From the NCBI GenBank assembly GCA_964291675.2, contig OZ219866.1:2784001-2848000 (forward strand): 64,000 bases of DNA, written 5' to 3'. This DNA comes from Alphaproteobacteria bacterium (GTDB taxonomy: Bacteria > Pseudomonadota > Alphaproteobacteria > MPNO01). This document shows, in pieces, positions 1 to 9,004 of this stretch. The position numbers and the translations under genes are program-made. Below the pieces are notes generated by a model. The model had not been told where the DNA came from and did no database searches. It saw only the letters and a program-made list of their open reading frames with translations. Position 1 is the stretch's first letter, and each line of letters starts with the position of its first letter.

Positions 1-708
1 TTCACCCAGTCCGGCGACGCCATGCCCGCCCCGGTCGCCGAGCGGGCCCACCGGGAGCTGCCGTTCCGCATCTCGCGCGCGCTCGGCATGACCGAGTTCG
101 GCCACGTCGCCTCGACCGACGCCGCCTCTCCCCCCGCACGGGTCTTCGACAGCGCCGGCACCGCCCAGCAGGGGATCGAGATCGACATCGCCGACGCCGA
201 CGGCGCGCGCCTGCCGCCCGGCGAGGAGGGCCGCATCCTGGTCCGCGGTCCGGCGGTCTGCGCCGGCTACCTCCGCCCCGACGGCGCCATCGAGGACATG
301 GTGGACGCGGACGGGTTTTTTGACACCGGAGACCTCGGCCGGCTCGACGAGGCGGGCTATCTGCGGATCACCGGCCGGCTCAAGAACGTGCTGCGGCGCG
401 GCGCGGAGACCGTGCCGGTCGCCGATCTGGAGGACGTGCTGTCCTCCCACCCCGCCGTCGTGTGCGCCCTGGTCGTCGGCCTGCCGGACGAGCGGCTCGG
501 CGATCTGCCGATCGCCTGCGTCGAGCTCCGCCCCGGCGCCAGCCTGACCATGGACGATCTGCGCGCGTATTTCGCCGGTCGTGGAATCACGCGGAAATTC
601 TGGCCGACCGGCATCCACCTGGTCGAGCGATGGCCGATCGGACCGACCGGCAAGACCGACCGCCGGATGCTGCTCGCCGCATACCGGGACGCCGCGGGAA
701 GGGGCTGA
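1..708 (+). CDS. AMP-binding acyl-CoA ligase, C-terminal part (5' truncated by window edge)
   Basis: Frame open from base 1 (FTQSGDAMP). ANL motifs GMTE, RGPAVCAGY, FDTGDLG, GRLKNVLRRG and terminal PTGK. Confidence 0.85.
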   Translation, partial: FTQSGDAMPAPVAERAHRELPFRISRALGMTEFGHVASTDAASPPARVFDSAGTAQQGIEIDIADADGARLPPGEEGRILVRGPAVCAGYLRPDGAIEDMVDADGFFDTGDLGRLDEAGYLRITGRLKNVLRRGAETVPVADLEDVLSSHPAVVCALVVGLPDERLGDLPIACVELRPGASLTMDDLRAYFAGRGITRKFWPTGIHLVERWPIGPTGKTDRRMLLAAYRDAAGRG

Positions 709-713
709 CGCGG

Positions 714-821
714 CGTCCCTCGATACGCCCCCTTCGGGCGCTGCTCGGGATGAGGCCAGGTCGGCATGCCCGGGAAACCCCCTCATCCCGAGTAGCGGCG
801 AAGCCGCGTATCGAAGGACGC
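714..821. repeat. REP/RIME-like palindromic intergenic element (family A)
   Basis: Arms gcgtccctcgatacg...ctcgggatgagg and cctcatcccgag...cgtatcgaaggacgc are inverted copies. The same family recurs at ~2576, 12676, 39202 and 57770. Confidence 0.8.
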
Positions 822-1019
822 CTCGCACCCGGCCTCGGCTGCCCTCCCGTCATGCCCGGCCTCCGGAACGAGCCCGGCCATGGCGATGGGAGAGCGCCGG
901 GCGCGTATCGACGCATCGCGCTCGACCCCCGGGCAGGTGAAATCGTACCGTATCGCGCGCATGGCTCGCGGGAAACCTGGCTCGGAAACACGAAAATATC
1001 CCGACCGGCAAAATACTGC

Positions 1020-1048
1020 TTGACATGGGACGCGTTTTGGTCTATATT
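1020..1048 (+). promoter_or_regulatory. Near-consensus sigma70 promoter upstream of the UbiD gene
   Basis: TTGACA (1020-1025), 17-nt spacer, TATATT (1043-1048). Confidence 0.7.
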
Positions 1049-1143
1049 TGCCACAGTCGCGAAATGGGGCGCCGGAGAGACCGGCGCCCTCTTTCGCGGC
1101 CCGGGCCGGGCGGTATGATGGCCGCGGCAGACATGCGGGAGGG

Positions 1144-2574
1144 ATGGACGTGGCGAACAAGGACTTGCGCGACTGGGTGGCGGAGCTCGACGCGGCGGGC
1201 CAGCTGGAGACCGTGACCGGCGCGGACCGCGAGGAGGAGATCGGCGGCATCGTCGACATCGCGATGCGCAAGATGACCAACCCGGCGGTGATGTTCGACG
1301 AGGTGCCGGGCTATCCCAGAGGCCACCGGGTGCTGGCCAACATCCTGACCTCGGTGCCGCGCATCAACCTCGCGCTCGGCCTGCCCATCGACACGCCCGA
1401 GGTGGCGCTGGTCAATCGCTGGCGCGACTACATGCGCGACCAGCCGGTGCACGCCCCCGTCGAGGTCAATGGCGGGCCGCTCAACGAGAACGTGTTCGAG
1501 GGCGACGACATCGACATCACCACCATCCCCTCGCCGCGCTGGCACGAGCGCGACGGCGGCTACTATATCGGCACCGCCTGCATGGTGGTGATGCAGGACC
1601 CGGACTCGGGCTGGATCAATTACGGCGCCTACCGCGTCCAGGCGCACGACCCCAGGACCGCCTCGGTCATGGTGTCCAGGGGCAAGCACGGCAACATGAT
1701 CATGAACAAGTATTTCGACCGCGGCGAGCGCTGCCCGGTCGCCGTGGTCGCCGGGATGCACCCGGCGCTGTTCATGGTCGCCGGGCTGGAGATGCCGCAC
1801 GGCGCGAACGAGTACGACTGCGCCGGCGGGCTGCTGGGCGAGGCGGTGCAGATCATCAACATGCCGAAGACCGGGCTCCCCGTCCCGGCCAATGCCGAGA
1901 TCGCCTTCGAGGGGTTCGTCGCGCGCGACGACCTGGTCGACGAGGGGCCGTTCGGCGAGTGGGCAGGCTACTACGCGGGCGACATGCACCCCGAGCCCGC
2001 CATCCGCATCGAGACCTTCATGCACCGCGACGCCCCGATCCTGCTGGGCGCCATCCCCGGCGTGCCGCCCAACGACGACACGTTCTACCGCGGCACCTAT
2101 CGCTGCGGCGCGGTGTGGAACCAGCTGGAAGCCGCCGGCGTGCCCGAGGTCAAGGGGGTGTGGGCGCACGAGGCGGGGGGGAGCCGGATGTGGCTCACCG
2201 TGTCGATCCGCCAGATGTATGGCGGGCACTCCAAGCAGGCCGGCATGATCGCCTCGCAATGCCACGCCGGCGCCTATGCCAATCGCTGGGTGGTGGTGGT
2301 CGACGACGACATCGACCCGGCCAACATGAACGACGTGCTGTGGGCGATGTGCACCCGCTGCGACCCGCGCGAGGGGATCGAGGTGATCCGCGGCGGCTGG
2401 AGCACCCATCTCGACCCGATGTGCTACAGCCACGACGACCGGCGCAACGCCCGCGTGGTGGTCGATGCCTGCAAACCGTTCGCCCGCGGCGAGGACTTCC
2501 CCGCCGTGGTGCGCAACAGCGCCGGGCTCGAAGCCCGGGTGACCGCCAAGTTCGGCGACCTGTTCGGCGGGTGA
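1144..2574 (+). CDS. UbiD-family (prFMN-dependent) decarboxylase
   Basis: DLRDW start, ERDGGYYI, NYGAYR, EGPFGEWAGYY, VVVVDDDID, VLWAMCTRCDP. RBS GGGAGG before ATG 1144. Confidence 0.9.
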   Translation: MDVANKDLRDWVAELDAAGQLETVTGADREEEIGGIVDIAMRKMTNPAVMFDEVPGYPRGHRVLANILTSVPRINLALGLPIDTPEVALVNRWRDYMRDQPVHAPVEVNGGPLNENVFEGDDIDITTIPSPRWHERDGGYYIGTACMVVMQDPDSGWINYGAYRVQAHDPRTASVMVSRGKHGNMIMNKYFDRGERCPVAVVAGMHPALFMVAGLEMPHGANEYDCAGGLLGEAVQIINMPKTGLPVPANAEIAFEGFVARDDLVDEGPFGEWAGYYAGDMHPEPAIRIETFMHRDAPILLGAIPGVPPNDDTFYRGTYRCGAVWNQLEAAGVPEVKGVWAHEAGGSRMWLTVSIRQMYGGHSKQAGMIASQCHAGAYANRWVVVVDDDIDPANMNDVLWAMCTRCDPREGIEVIRGGWSTHLDPMCYSHDDRRNARVVVDACKPFARGEDFPAVVRNSAGLEARVTAKFGDLFGG

Positions 2575-2867
2575 GGCGGCTTTCGATAGGCTCCCGTCCG
2601 GGGCTGGTCGGGATGAGGGTGTGGCCAGGCATCGCACCGAAGAGTGCCGAAGCCCGATTCAGAAGATAGCGGCTCTCGGCCGCATCCAAACCCGTCGTTC
2701 TTGCTTTCGATGCCAAGGGAGCAATATACGGAGTGACTTCTGCGAGGTACGGAGCGGCATGATGAGAACCTTCGGTTCCAGCTCCATGGCCTCGCCGGGA
2801 TGGGTGAGGGAACCTGGTTCCGGTTCAACACGCTCACGTTTGACCGGAAATGTCGGGAACATGAACG

Positions 2868-3263
2868 ATGGCGACTCGAAGGACTCGAAATCCCAATTCG
2901 GGGGAAACGGTCGAGGCGAAAGCAGTCGATATCGAGACTAGCGAAGATCGATCCGGCTTCGACATATCTCCACTCATTCTGCGGGAGATTGCACTGGATA
3001 GTGGAGTCTTGCGCCGGAATGCGCCGTTCGTCGTGAAACCCTACGTCTCGGAATCACATGAGTGTTATCGGGCGGAAGTAGAAGAGCTCGGACTCTCGAT
3101 TTCAGCGTATACCAGGCAAGAATTGGTGGAAGCGATTCAAGACATGATAGCCGTTCTTTGGCAAGAGTATGCCATGGAAGACGATGAAAATCTGACGGAG
3201 AGCGCCGCCGCTCTGAAGCGACGCTTATTGGAAGATTTCCGGATCGTGGACAATGCAACTTGA
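2868..3263 (+). CDS. HicB-like antitoxin (partial RNase H-like fold)
   Basis: YRAEVEELGLSISAYTRQELVEAIQDMIAVLWQEY pattern. Acidic, low GC, overlaps the downstream HicA-like gene. Confidence 0.55.
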   Translation: MATRRTRNPNSGETVEAKAVDIETSEDRSGFDISPLILREIALDSGVLRRNAPFVVKPYVSESHECYRAEVEELGLSISAYTRQELVEAIQDMIAVLWQEYAMEDDENLTESAAALKRRLLEDFRIVDNAT

Positions 3264-3534
3264 ACGACGGGAAGTGTTGCATAGTCTAGAACACAAGGGA
3301 TTTGGAAGAATAGAGGGCAAAAGGCACACAATACTGATTTACTACAACAAGGACGGAAAGAAGACCGGCATTAAAACTATTGTAAGTCGAGGCACCGGAT
3401 ATAAATATCTCGGCAATGACTTGGTGGGTGCCATGGCAAGGCAATGCGATCTTACAACATCCCAATTTGTAGCGCTTGTCGATTGTTCGATGTCACGCGA
3501 CGACTACGACGATCTATTGGGCGGCGACCGATAG
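3253..3534 (+). CDS. HicA-like toxin (dsRBD-fold RNase)
   Basis: 93 aa. REVLHSLEHKGF...KRHT (conserved His), TIVSRG, MARQCDLTTSQF. Low GC, 11-nt overlap with upstream gene. Confidence 0.6.
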   Translation: MQLERREVLHSLEHKGFGRIEGKRHTILIYYNKDGKKTGIKTIVSRGTGYKYLGNDLVGAMARQCDLTTSQFVALVDCSMSRDDYDDLLGGDR

Positions 3535-3618
3535 TCGACCGGGGGTGGTGCATAGCTTCGGTGCGCTGGCAGGGCGATCGGTGAGCAGGCGCCGACCTTC
3601 TCCATGTCGCCTCCCCGC

Positions 3619-3735
3619 ATCCGCCCCTCCTCGACCCCATGGCAGGCGACCGCCGCGCCGCCGGCGGGCGTGAGCTCCGGGCGTTCCGGGCGGCGGCGGT
3701 TCTCCGGGCACGGGCAGCGCGGGTGGAAGGCGCAG
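3619..3735 (-). repeat. Displaced, diverged copy of the 3' end of the dppF-like gene (att-like direct repeat, partner 9748-9864)
   Basis: Ungapped 117-bp alignment with 9748-9864, 13 mismatches counted by hand. Encodes CAFHPRCP...ERPELTPAGGAAVACHGVEEGR. Confidence 0.9.
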
Positions 3736-3827
3736 ACCGTCGGCCGCCCGTCCGGTACCCGGCATCGCGGGCTCGACGGGGTGGGAACCATAGCGCTCAG
3801 CGGGGCTGATGGACGAGGGAGCGAGGC

Positions 3828-4760
3828 TCAGCCCAGCTGGCGCCCCATCCACCTTATCTCTCCGACGATCCGGGCCCCGTTCGGCCAGGGCTCGTCGGGC
3901 CAGTCGGGATGATCGCATACCATGAGGCGCCGTCCCTCTTCGTCGGTAGTGATGCGCCTGAATAACGTGTCGTCGCCGAATTTCACGACCTTGATGCCAG
4001 CCGGATCCAAGTCCGTGTTCGTACCATCGACCACGGTCACGCACCCGTTCGGAAGCGTCGGCTCCATCGATTCGTCCCGAATCGGGACGAGGGTCCAGCG
4101 CGCAGGGTCGAGACCATCCGCCTCCAGCCGGTGTGCCAGGAGTTTCCGGAATTTCGGCAGCCGTTTCACAGGGTCGTCTTCGAGAATAGACGCCTCAAGC
4201 GGGTCGTCCCCCCGGAGAGAAGGCATGATGGCGCGGAGCAGCTGCGCTTCCGCGGTAGCAGCCAGATCTTCGGCCGATGGTTCGCTCGCCGACCCGCCAA
4301 TGGGCGCGCGCCGAAGGTCTCCCGTCATGGCGCGAAGACCGGTGTCGAAGTCGACTTCATCTACCTTTGGCCCCATGGCAGGCGGGTCCTCCTGGGCGGC
4401 CTGCGGTTCGGTGGGTCGTCGGGCGAGGAGGACCGGCCAGAGGTCTTCGGGGATCGGGTCGCCGTCGGCGTCTACGGTGATTCGGACCAGGTCCCGCGCC
4501 GATCGCTCCAGAGAGCGGAGAGGGACATCGGGCAGCGCGCCCCCGTCCTCGGCCCGGCGCCACCGCGGCGGTCCGACATAGAACTCCAGGCCGAGCACGT
4601 CGCAGAGTGAGCGCAGCCGTTCCACCGAGGGAACATGGCCGCGCCGCATGTCCCGGATCAGCTCGGGCGCGCCTAGCGCCCGTATCGAGGCTGCCCGGGC
4701 CGAGATCCCCCGGCGTTCGAGCGCGGCGTCGATCTCTCGCAGAATGTCTTCCACGCGCAA
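3828..4760 (-). CDS. Phage CI-like repressor: N-terminal HTH plus C-terminal S24-like domain
   Basis: N-terminal GISARAASIRALGAPELIRDMRRGHVPSVERLRSLCDVLGL (XRE-type HTH). C-terminal IRDESMEPTLPNGCVTVVD...IVGEIRW (S24 signature). Start TTG 4760 or GTG 4754. Confidence 0.8.
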   Translation of the reverse strand: MRVEDILREIDAALERRGISARAASIRALGAPELIRDMRRGHVPSVERLRSLCDVLGLEFYVGPPRWRRAEDGGALPDVPLRSLERSARDLVRITVDADGDPIPEDLWPVLLARRPTEPQAAQEDPPAMGPKVDEVDFDTGLRAMTGDLRRAPIGGSASEPSAEDLAATAEAQLLRAIMPSLRGDDPLEASILEDDPVKRLPKFRKLLAHRLEADGLDPARWTLVPIRDESMEPTLPNGCVTVVDGTNTDLDPAGIKVVKFGDDTLFRRITTDEEGRRLMVCDHPDWPDEPWPNGARIVGEIRWMGRQLG

Positions 4761-4890
4761 GGGATATATCCCTCGCCTGCGGAAGACAACCCTATGAACC
4801 GGCGAACAAATCCGAGAGAGAAAGGATGATATGCCAGATATGTGATATTTCTCTTGATATAAGGTATATTTTCCTCATAAGCTCCGCGCC
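4760..4890. promoter_or_regulatory. Divergent CI/Cro control region with three operator-like 14-mers and a candidate rightward promoter
   Basis: Perfect palindrome AGGGATATATCCCT (4760-4773). Variants TGTGATATTTCTCT (4841-4854) and AGGTATATTTTCCT (4862-4875). TTGATA(4854-4859)-N18-TAAGCT(4878-4883). Confidence 0.65.
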
Positions 4891-5184
4891 ATGAATGAAT
4901 CGTCCTTGGTCCGTCTGGCAGAGCGGTTCGCTGCGGCGCGCGGAATAAGCCTGTCACGCGTCGCATATCTGGCAGTCGACGACGGCAAGTTCTTCAGCCG
5001 TCTCCAGGCCGGGCGGACCTGCACCCTCCGCTCGGCGCGGAACGTCATCGAGTATCTCAGCCGCAACTGGCCTGACGACTCCGCCGAATGGCCCGGCGAC
5101 ATCCCGCGTCCCGCGCCGCGACCCGACGGCGAAAGCGGGGCGGCAACCCTCTCCCGGGAGCCGGCTTCCTCGCCGCTTACCTGA
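4891..5184 (+). CDS. Cro-like small HTH regulator (alphaproteobacterial prophage type)
   Basis: 97 aa, divergent from the CI-like gene. GISLSRVAYLAVDDGKFFSRLQAGRTCTLRSA...WP...WPGDIPRP pattern. Confidence 0.7.
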   Translation: MNESSLVRLAERFAAARGISLSRVAYLAVDDGKFFSRLQAGRTCTLRSARNVIEYLSRNWPDDSAEWPGDIPRPAPRPDGESGAATLSREPASSPLT

Positions 5185-5232
5185 ATTCGAGATCGCAGAC
5201 GCCGACAGTCATCAAACCGGTTCGAGGTTGCC

Positions 5233-8200
5233 ATGTACATCGCCGATCCGATCGAAACCGCGAAAATCGCTCCAGAACGCCCCCACCCGCTCGAACGGTT
5301 CCACGGTTCTCCCGCTGGGACCGCTGCCAGGTGCCGAACTGGCGGGGCGGTGGCGGCCGCCCTGGCGGCGGGACTTCTTGTCCTGGCCGACGCTCCCCTG
5401 TCCCCGGCCCCGGCCGCGGTGACCTGCGACGACGCGTGGACCCGGGGAACCCTCGACGCGAGCGGCCGATGGACGACGGGCGCGGGCAACGACTACCGGA
5501 TAGGATGCACTGCAGATACCGACGGCGATGCGATGACAGCCGCCGATGGTCCGGATGATATTCCGGCCAACGCCGACACGCTGGTCATCGACGTGTCCCA
5601 TCCCAACATCGATCGCGTCGTGCAGATAATCCCGGACGCCGAGGGCGGCCGGCTGGCGCTGACCGGCAATCTCGCATCCGATGCGGGGAGCAACGTCTTC
5701 ATCCGTATCGACGGCTTCACGGCCGGATACGAAGCCGCCGATGCCGTGCTCGAATCCTTCGCGACCATCGAAGCTTCCGGCGACGGCAACGACGGCATCG
5801 TGCTCAGGAACAACGACGCAAGCCATACCGGCACGATAGAAGCGATCAACCGGGGCACGATTTCCACAACCGGCGACATGTTTGCGTATGGGATGCTTGT
5901 CTTTTCGGAGTCTTCCTCGGCCCGCGCCGTCAACGCCGGCACAATCACGACCGGCGGCACCGCCGGGCGCGGCGTTACCACCCACGTCGAGAGCGGAAGC
6001 GCCGGAACCGCGACCTCGATCAACCGGGGAACGGTCCGCACGTCCGGCGGCGTTTGTCAGACCTGTGGTGGCAATTTCTTCGTACCGTCGGACGGCGTCC
6101 GCGCGTACCACAACGATAACGGCAACGCCGAAGCGTCGAACGCGGCCGGCGGCACCATTGCGGTCGCCGGAATCGGCGGCCGCGGCGTCAGCGCCCACGC
6201 GAATGGCGACGGCAGCGCGGTCGCCGGGAACGCCGGCTCGGTCGTGACCAGGGGCGATGCCTTCGTGTATCCGTCGAACGACGGGTGGATCGGCCCCTAC
6301 GGGGTGCTCGCCTGGTCCGAGCGGGGGAGCGCGACGGCGCGCAGTTCGGCGAGCGGCAGCGTGGAGACCTATGGCGTGCCGGGCTACGGCGTCGTCGCCA
6401 TCTCGAGAGGCAGCGGCACCGCGAGCGTGGAAAACGCGGGCGCGGTCGTCACCCATGCGACCGGCTCGATCGACACCCTGCCCAACAATGTCGGGCTGGA
6501 GATCGGCGCGCGCGGGCTCTTTGCGACCTCGTGGCGCGGCGACGCCAGCGTCGTGAACCAGCGGTCCGGCTCGGTCGAGACCAGGGGCGCGCGCGCCTTC
6601 GGCGCGATTGCCTGGACCAGCAACGACGGCAGCGCCAGATCGGCGACGGCCACGATCCGCAACAGGGGCCGGGTCGCCACCGGCGGCGACAATGCCGATG
6701 CCGTCATCGCCCTGTCCACCAGCCGCGCAACCGCGGACAATCCCAATACCGTGCGCGCCTATAACGAGGACGGCGGCACGATCACGACCACGGGGGATGC
6801 CGCCAGCGGCTTGGGCGCGGCGATTCTGGTGGCCCGCGGCGGCCAGGGTTACGGCAGCGCGTTCGCCCAGAACGCGGGCACGATCGCGACCGAAGGTGCG
6901 CGCGGCGGGGTCACGGGCACCGATATCGCCTTCGGCATCACCGCCAGCTTCTTCAACAACGACGGTGGGCTCATCACCCGCGCCGGCGACGTGGAGGCGC
7001 GCAATACCGGCTCGATCGAGGTCTCGGGCGAAGCGGCGCAGGGTATCCAGGCGCGTACCTTCGGCAGCGGACGGGCCACCGTCGTGGTCGACGGCGGGAG
7101 GGTGGTCGCCACGCACGATTCCGCCACCGACGCCGACGACGGGGTGGGCATCCACGCATCGAGCGGCGCGGCCGGCTCCATCGCGGTGACGCTCGACAAC
7201 CGCGCGCTGGTCCAGGCGCCGCAGGCGATGCTTCTGGGCGACGCACCGGCGACCGTCACGGTCATGAGGAGCTCCGTGGTGCGGGGCCGCATGTCGTTCG
7301 GCGGATCGGCCGACAGCCTCAAGATCGACAACAGCGTCACGGTGGGCGACATCGCCACGGGCGGCGGGGATGACGTCATCCGCGCGTATGGCGCGGTGAC
7401 GATGACCGGCGACATCGACTTCGGCGCCGGGGAGGACGAGCTGATCCTCGACGTGAGCGGAGCGTCCCGCCTGACCGGCAACATCACCAACCTGGAGACG
7501 CTGAACAAGCTGTGCCCGGGCGATTTCACCATCAACGGCGACATCACCTTCGCCGGCAGCTCGGTCGTCGTCTCGGAAGGCGGGCTGGTGCTGACCGGGC
7601 ACATGAATGTCGGCGCGGACGGCACGGTGGAGGTACATGACGGCACGAGGCTGACCGCGCTGCTGACCGCGACCGGCACGCCCAGGATCACTGCCGGCGG
7701 CGGGACGACGGTGCGCGACGGCGGCGCGGTCGTCGTCGAGGCGGCGGCGGACGCCCGACCGGTCGAGGCGGCAGAGGCGGTGGCGACCTTCCTGGAGGGC
7801 GCGAACGTGCAGGGCGGGGAGGCGCTGCCGGTCCAGACCCGCGACAGCGGCGGTTCGCTGACCCGGCTCGCGTCGTTCGACCCGGCGACCGGGACGGCGA
7901 CGGTCATGCAGGGCGCTTCCGTCGGCGCCAGGCCGGCGGAACGGTTCCCCGAGCAACCGGGTGTCTCTCCCACACCGACCCCCGATCCAGAGCCGACTCC
8001 GCCCGCGCCGACTCCGCCCGTCAGCGGCGGCGGCGGCGGCGGGGACGACAACACCGCCCTGCTCATCGGCGGCGGCGCGATTCTGGCGGCGTTGTTCGCC
8101 GTGCTGGACTGGGATACCGAGGCGCCGGCCTCGTCCGCCTCGCTGAACCCGGCACTCGTCCAGCCCCTCGATCGTTCGTCGCGCTACTGGGTGCGCAGCC

Positions 8201-8991
8201 TGTCGCGGGTCATGCCCGAGAGCGGCGCCGGAGCGGCTTCGGGCACCGAGATCGGCATGGATTTCGCGCTCGGCGACGGCTTCGTCCTCGGATTCGCTGC
8301 CGCGCCCGACGCCGCCCTGGAGCGGGCGGGCGCGGGTGCCCATGCGACGGCGCTGTCGGGCGGCCGCTACGCCCTCAAGGGGGGCTGGCAAAGCGAGACC
8401 CTGTTCGGCGCGCTCAGCCTGTCGCAGGCACGCTGGCGGGTGGCGAGCGCCTATCGGAACCCGACGCTTGGCGGCGGTCTTCGCAGCCGCTACGAGGCGG
8501 CCCAGAGCGACGTGAAGCTCGGCCTCGGCGCGCGCCTCGACCTCGGGGCGGGGCTCACCCTCACCCCGCTCGCGGGCGCGTTCGCCGGCGAGCTGAGGCA
8601 TGAGAGCCATACGGCGGAAGGCCCGGTATTCCGCGCCGCGATGCCGGAGGTCGTCCAGCGCTATGGCGGCTGGAGGATGGGGCTCGACCTTGCGTCCGAC
8701 TGGCAGGACGGGCCGGGGGATCTGAAGCTGCGCCCCTCGCTCAAGCTCGGCGCGGCGCGCATTTGGACGGATTCGCCCGAATTCGCGCTCCGGCAGTCGG
8801 ATCGCCTGGGGATCGTCTCCACCGCCAGCCGGGCCCGTCTGCCCGGTGCGCCCGGGACCGTGCTCGGCCTCGGCACGGGCCTCGATGCCGTCGGCCCCCA
8901 CGGGCTCAGCCTGGGGCTCAGGTATGGCGGTCTGGCGATGGACGGCAAGCTCGTCCACGCCGCCTTCGCCAGGGCGAAGCTCTCCTTCTGA
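5233..8991 (+). CDS. Autotransporter-like surface protein (repetitive beta-helical passenger, Pro/Thr linker, C-terminal beta-barrel)
   Basis: 1252 aa. Extended signal-like N-terminus, recurring AxNxGTIxTxG repeats, PTPTPDPEPTPPAPTPP linker, amphipathic beta strands ending ARAKLSF. RBS GAGG. Confidence 0.75.
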   Translation: MYIADPIETAKIAPERPHPLERFHGSPAGTAARCRTGGAVAAALAAGLLVLADAPLSPAPAAVTCDDAWTRGTLDASGRWTTGAGNDYRIGCTADTDGDAMTAADGPDDIPANADTLVIDVSHPNIDRVVQIIPDAEGGRLALTGNLASDAGSNVFIRIDGFTAGYEAADAVLESFATIEASGDGNDGIVLRNNDASHTGTIEAINRGTISTTGDMFAYGMLVFSESSSARAVNAGTITTGGTAGRGVTTHVESGSAGTATSINRGTVRTSGGVCQTCGGNFFVPSDGVRAYHNDNGNAEASNAAGGTIAVAGIGGRGVSAHANGDGSAVAGNAGSVVTRGDAFVYPSNDGWIGPYGVLAWSERGSATARSSASGSVETYGVPGYGVVAISRGSGTASVENAGAVVTHATGSIDTLPNNVGLEIGARGLFATSWRGDASVVNQRSGSVETRGARAFGAIAWTSNDGSARSATATIRNRGRVATGGDNADAVIALSTSRATADNPNTVRAYNEDGGTITTTGDAASGLGAAILVARGGQGYGSAFAQNAGTIATEGARGGVTGTDIAFGITASFFNNDGGLITRAGDVEARNTGSIEVSGEAAQGIQARTFGSGRATVVVDGGRVVATHDSATDADDGVGIHASSGAAGSIAVTLDNRALVQAPQAMLLGDAPATVTVMRSSVVRGRMSFGGSADSLKIDNSVTVGDIATGGGDDVIRAYGAVTMTGDIDFGAGEDELILDVSGASRLTGNITNLETLNKLCPGDFTINGDITFAGSSVVVSEGGLVLTGHMNVGADGTVEVHDGTRLTALLTATGTPRITAGGGTTVRDGGAVVVEAAADARPVEAAEAVATFLEGANVQGGEALPVQTRDSGGSLTRLASFDPATGTATVMQGASVGARPAERFPEQPGVSPTPTPDPEPTPPAPTPPVSGGGGGGDDNTALLIGGGAILAALFAVLDWDTEAPASSASLNPALVQPLDRSSRYWVRSLSRVMPESGAGAASGTEIGMDFALGDGFVLGFAAAPDAALERAGAGAHATALSGGRYALKGGWQSETLFGALSLSQARWRVASAYRNPTLGGGLRSRYEAAQSDVKLGLGARLDLGAGLTLTPLAGAFAGELRHESHTAEGPVFRAAMPEVVQRYGGWRMGLDLASDWQDGPGDLKLRPSLKLGAARIWTDSPEFALRQSDRLGIVSTASRARLPGAPGTVLGLGTGLDAVGPHGLSLGLRYGGLAMDGKLVHAAFARAKLSF

Positions 8992-9004
8992 AGCCGCTTC
9001 CCGC

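Noticed and set aside
3828-8991. Intact prophage
   Set aside because: Only CI-like and Cro-like genes are phage-like; no integrase, replication, terminase, capsid, tail or lysis genes.
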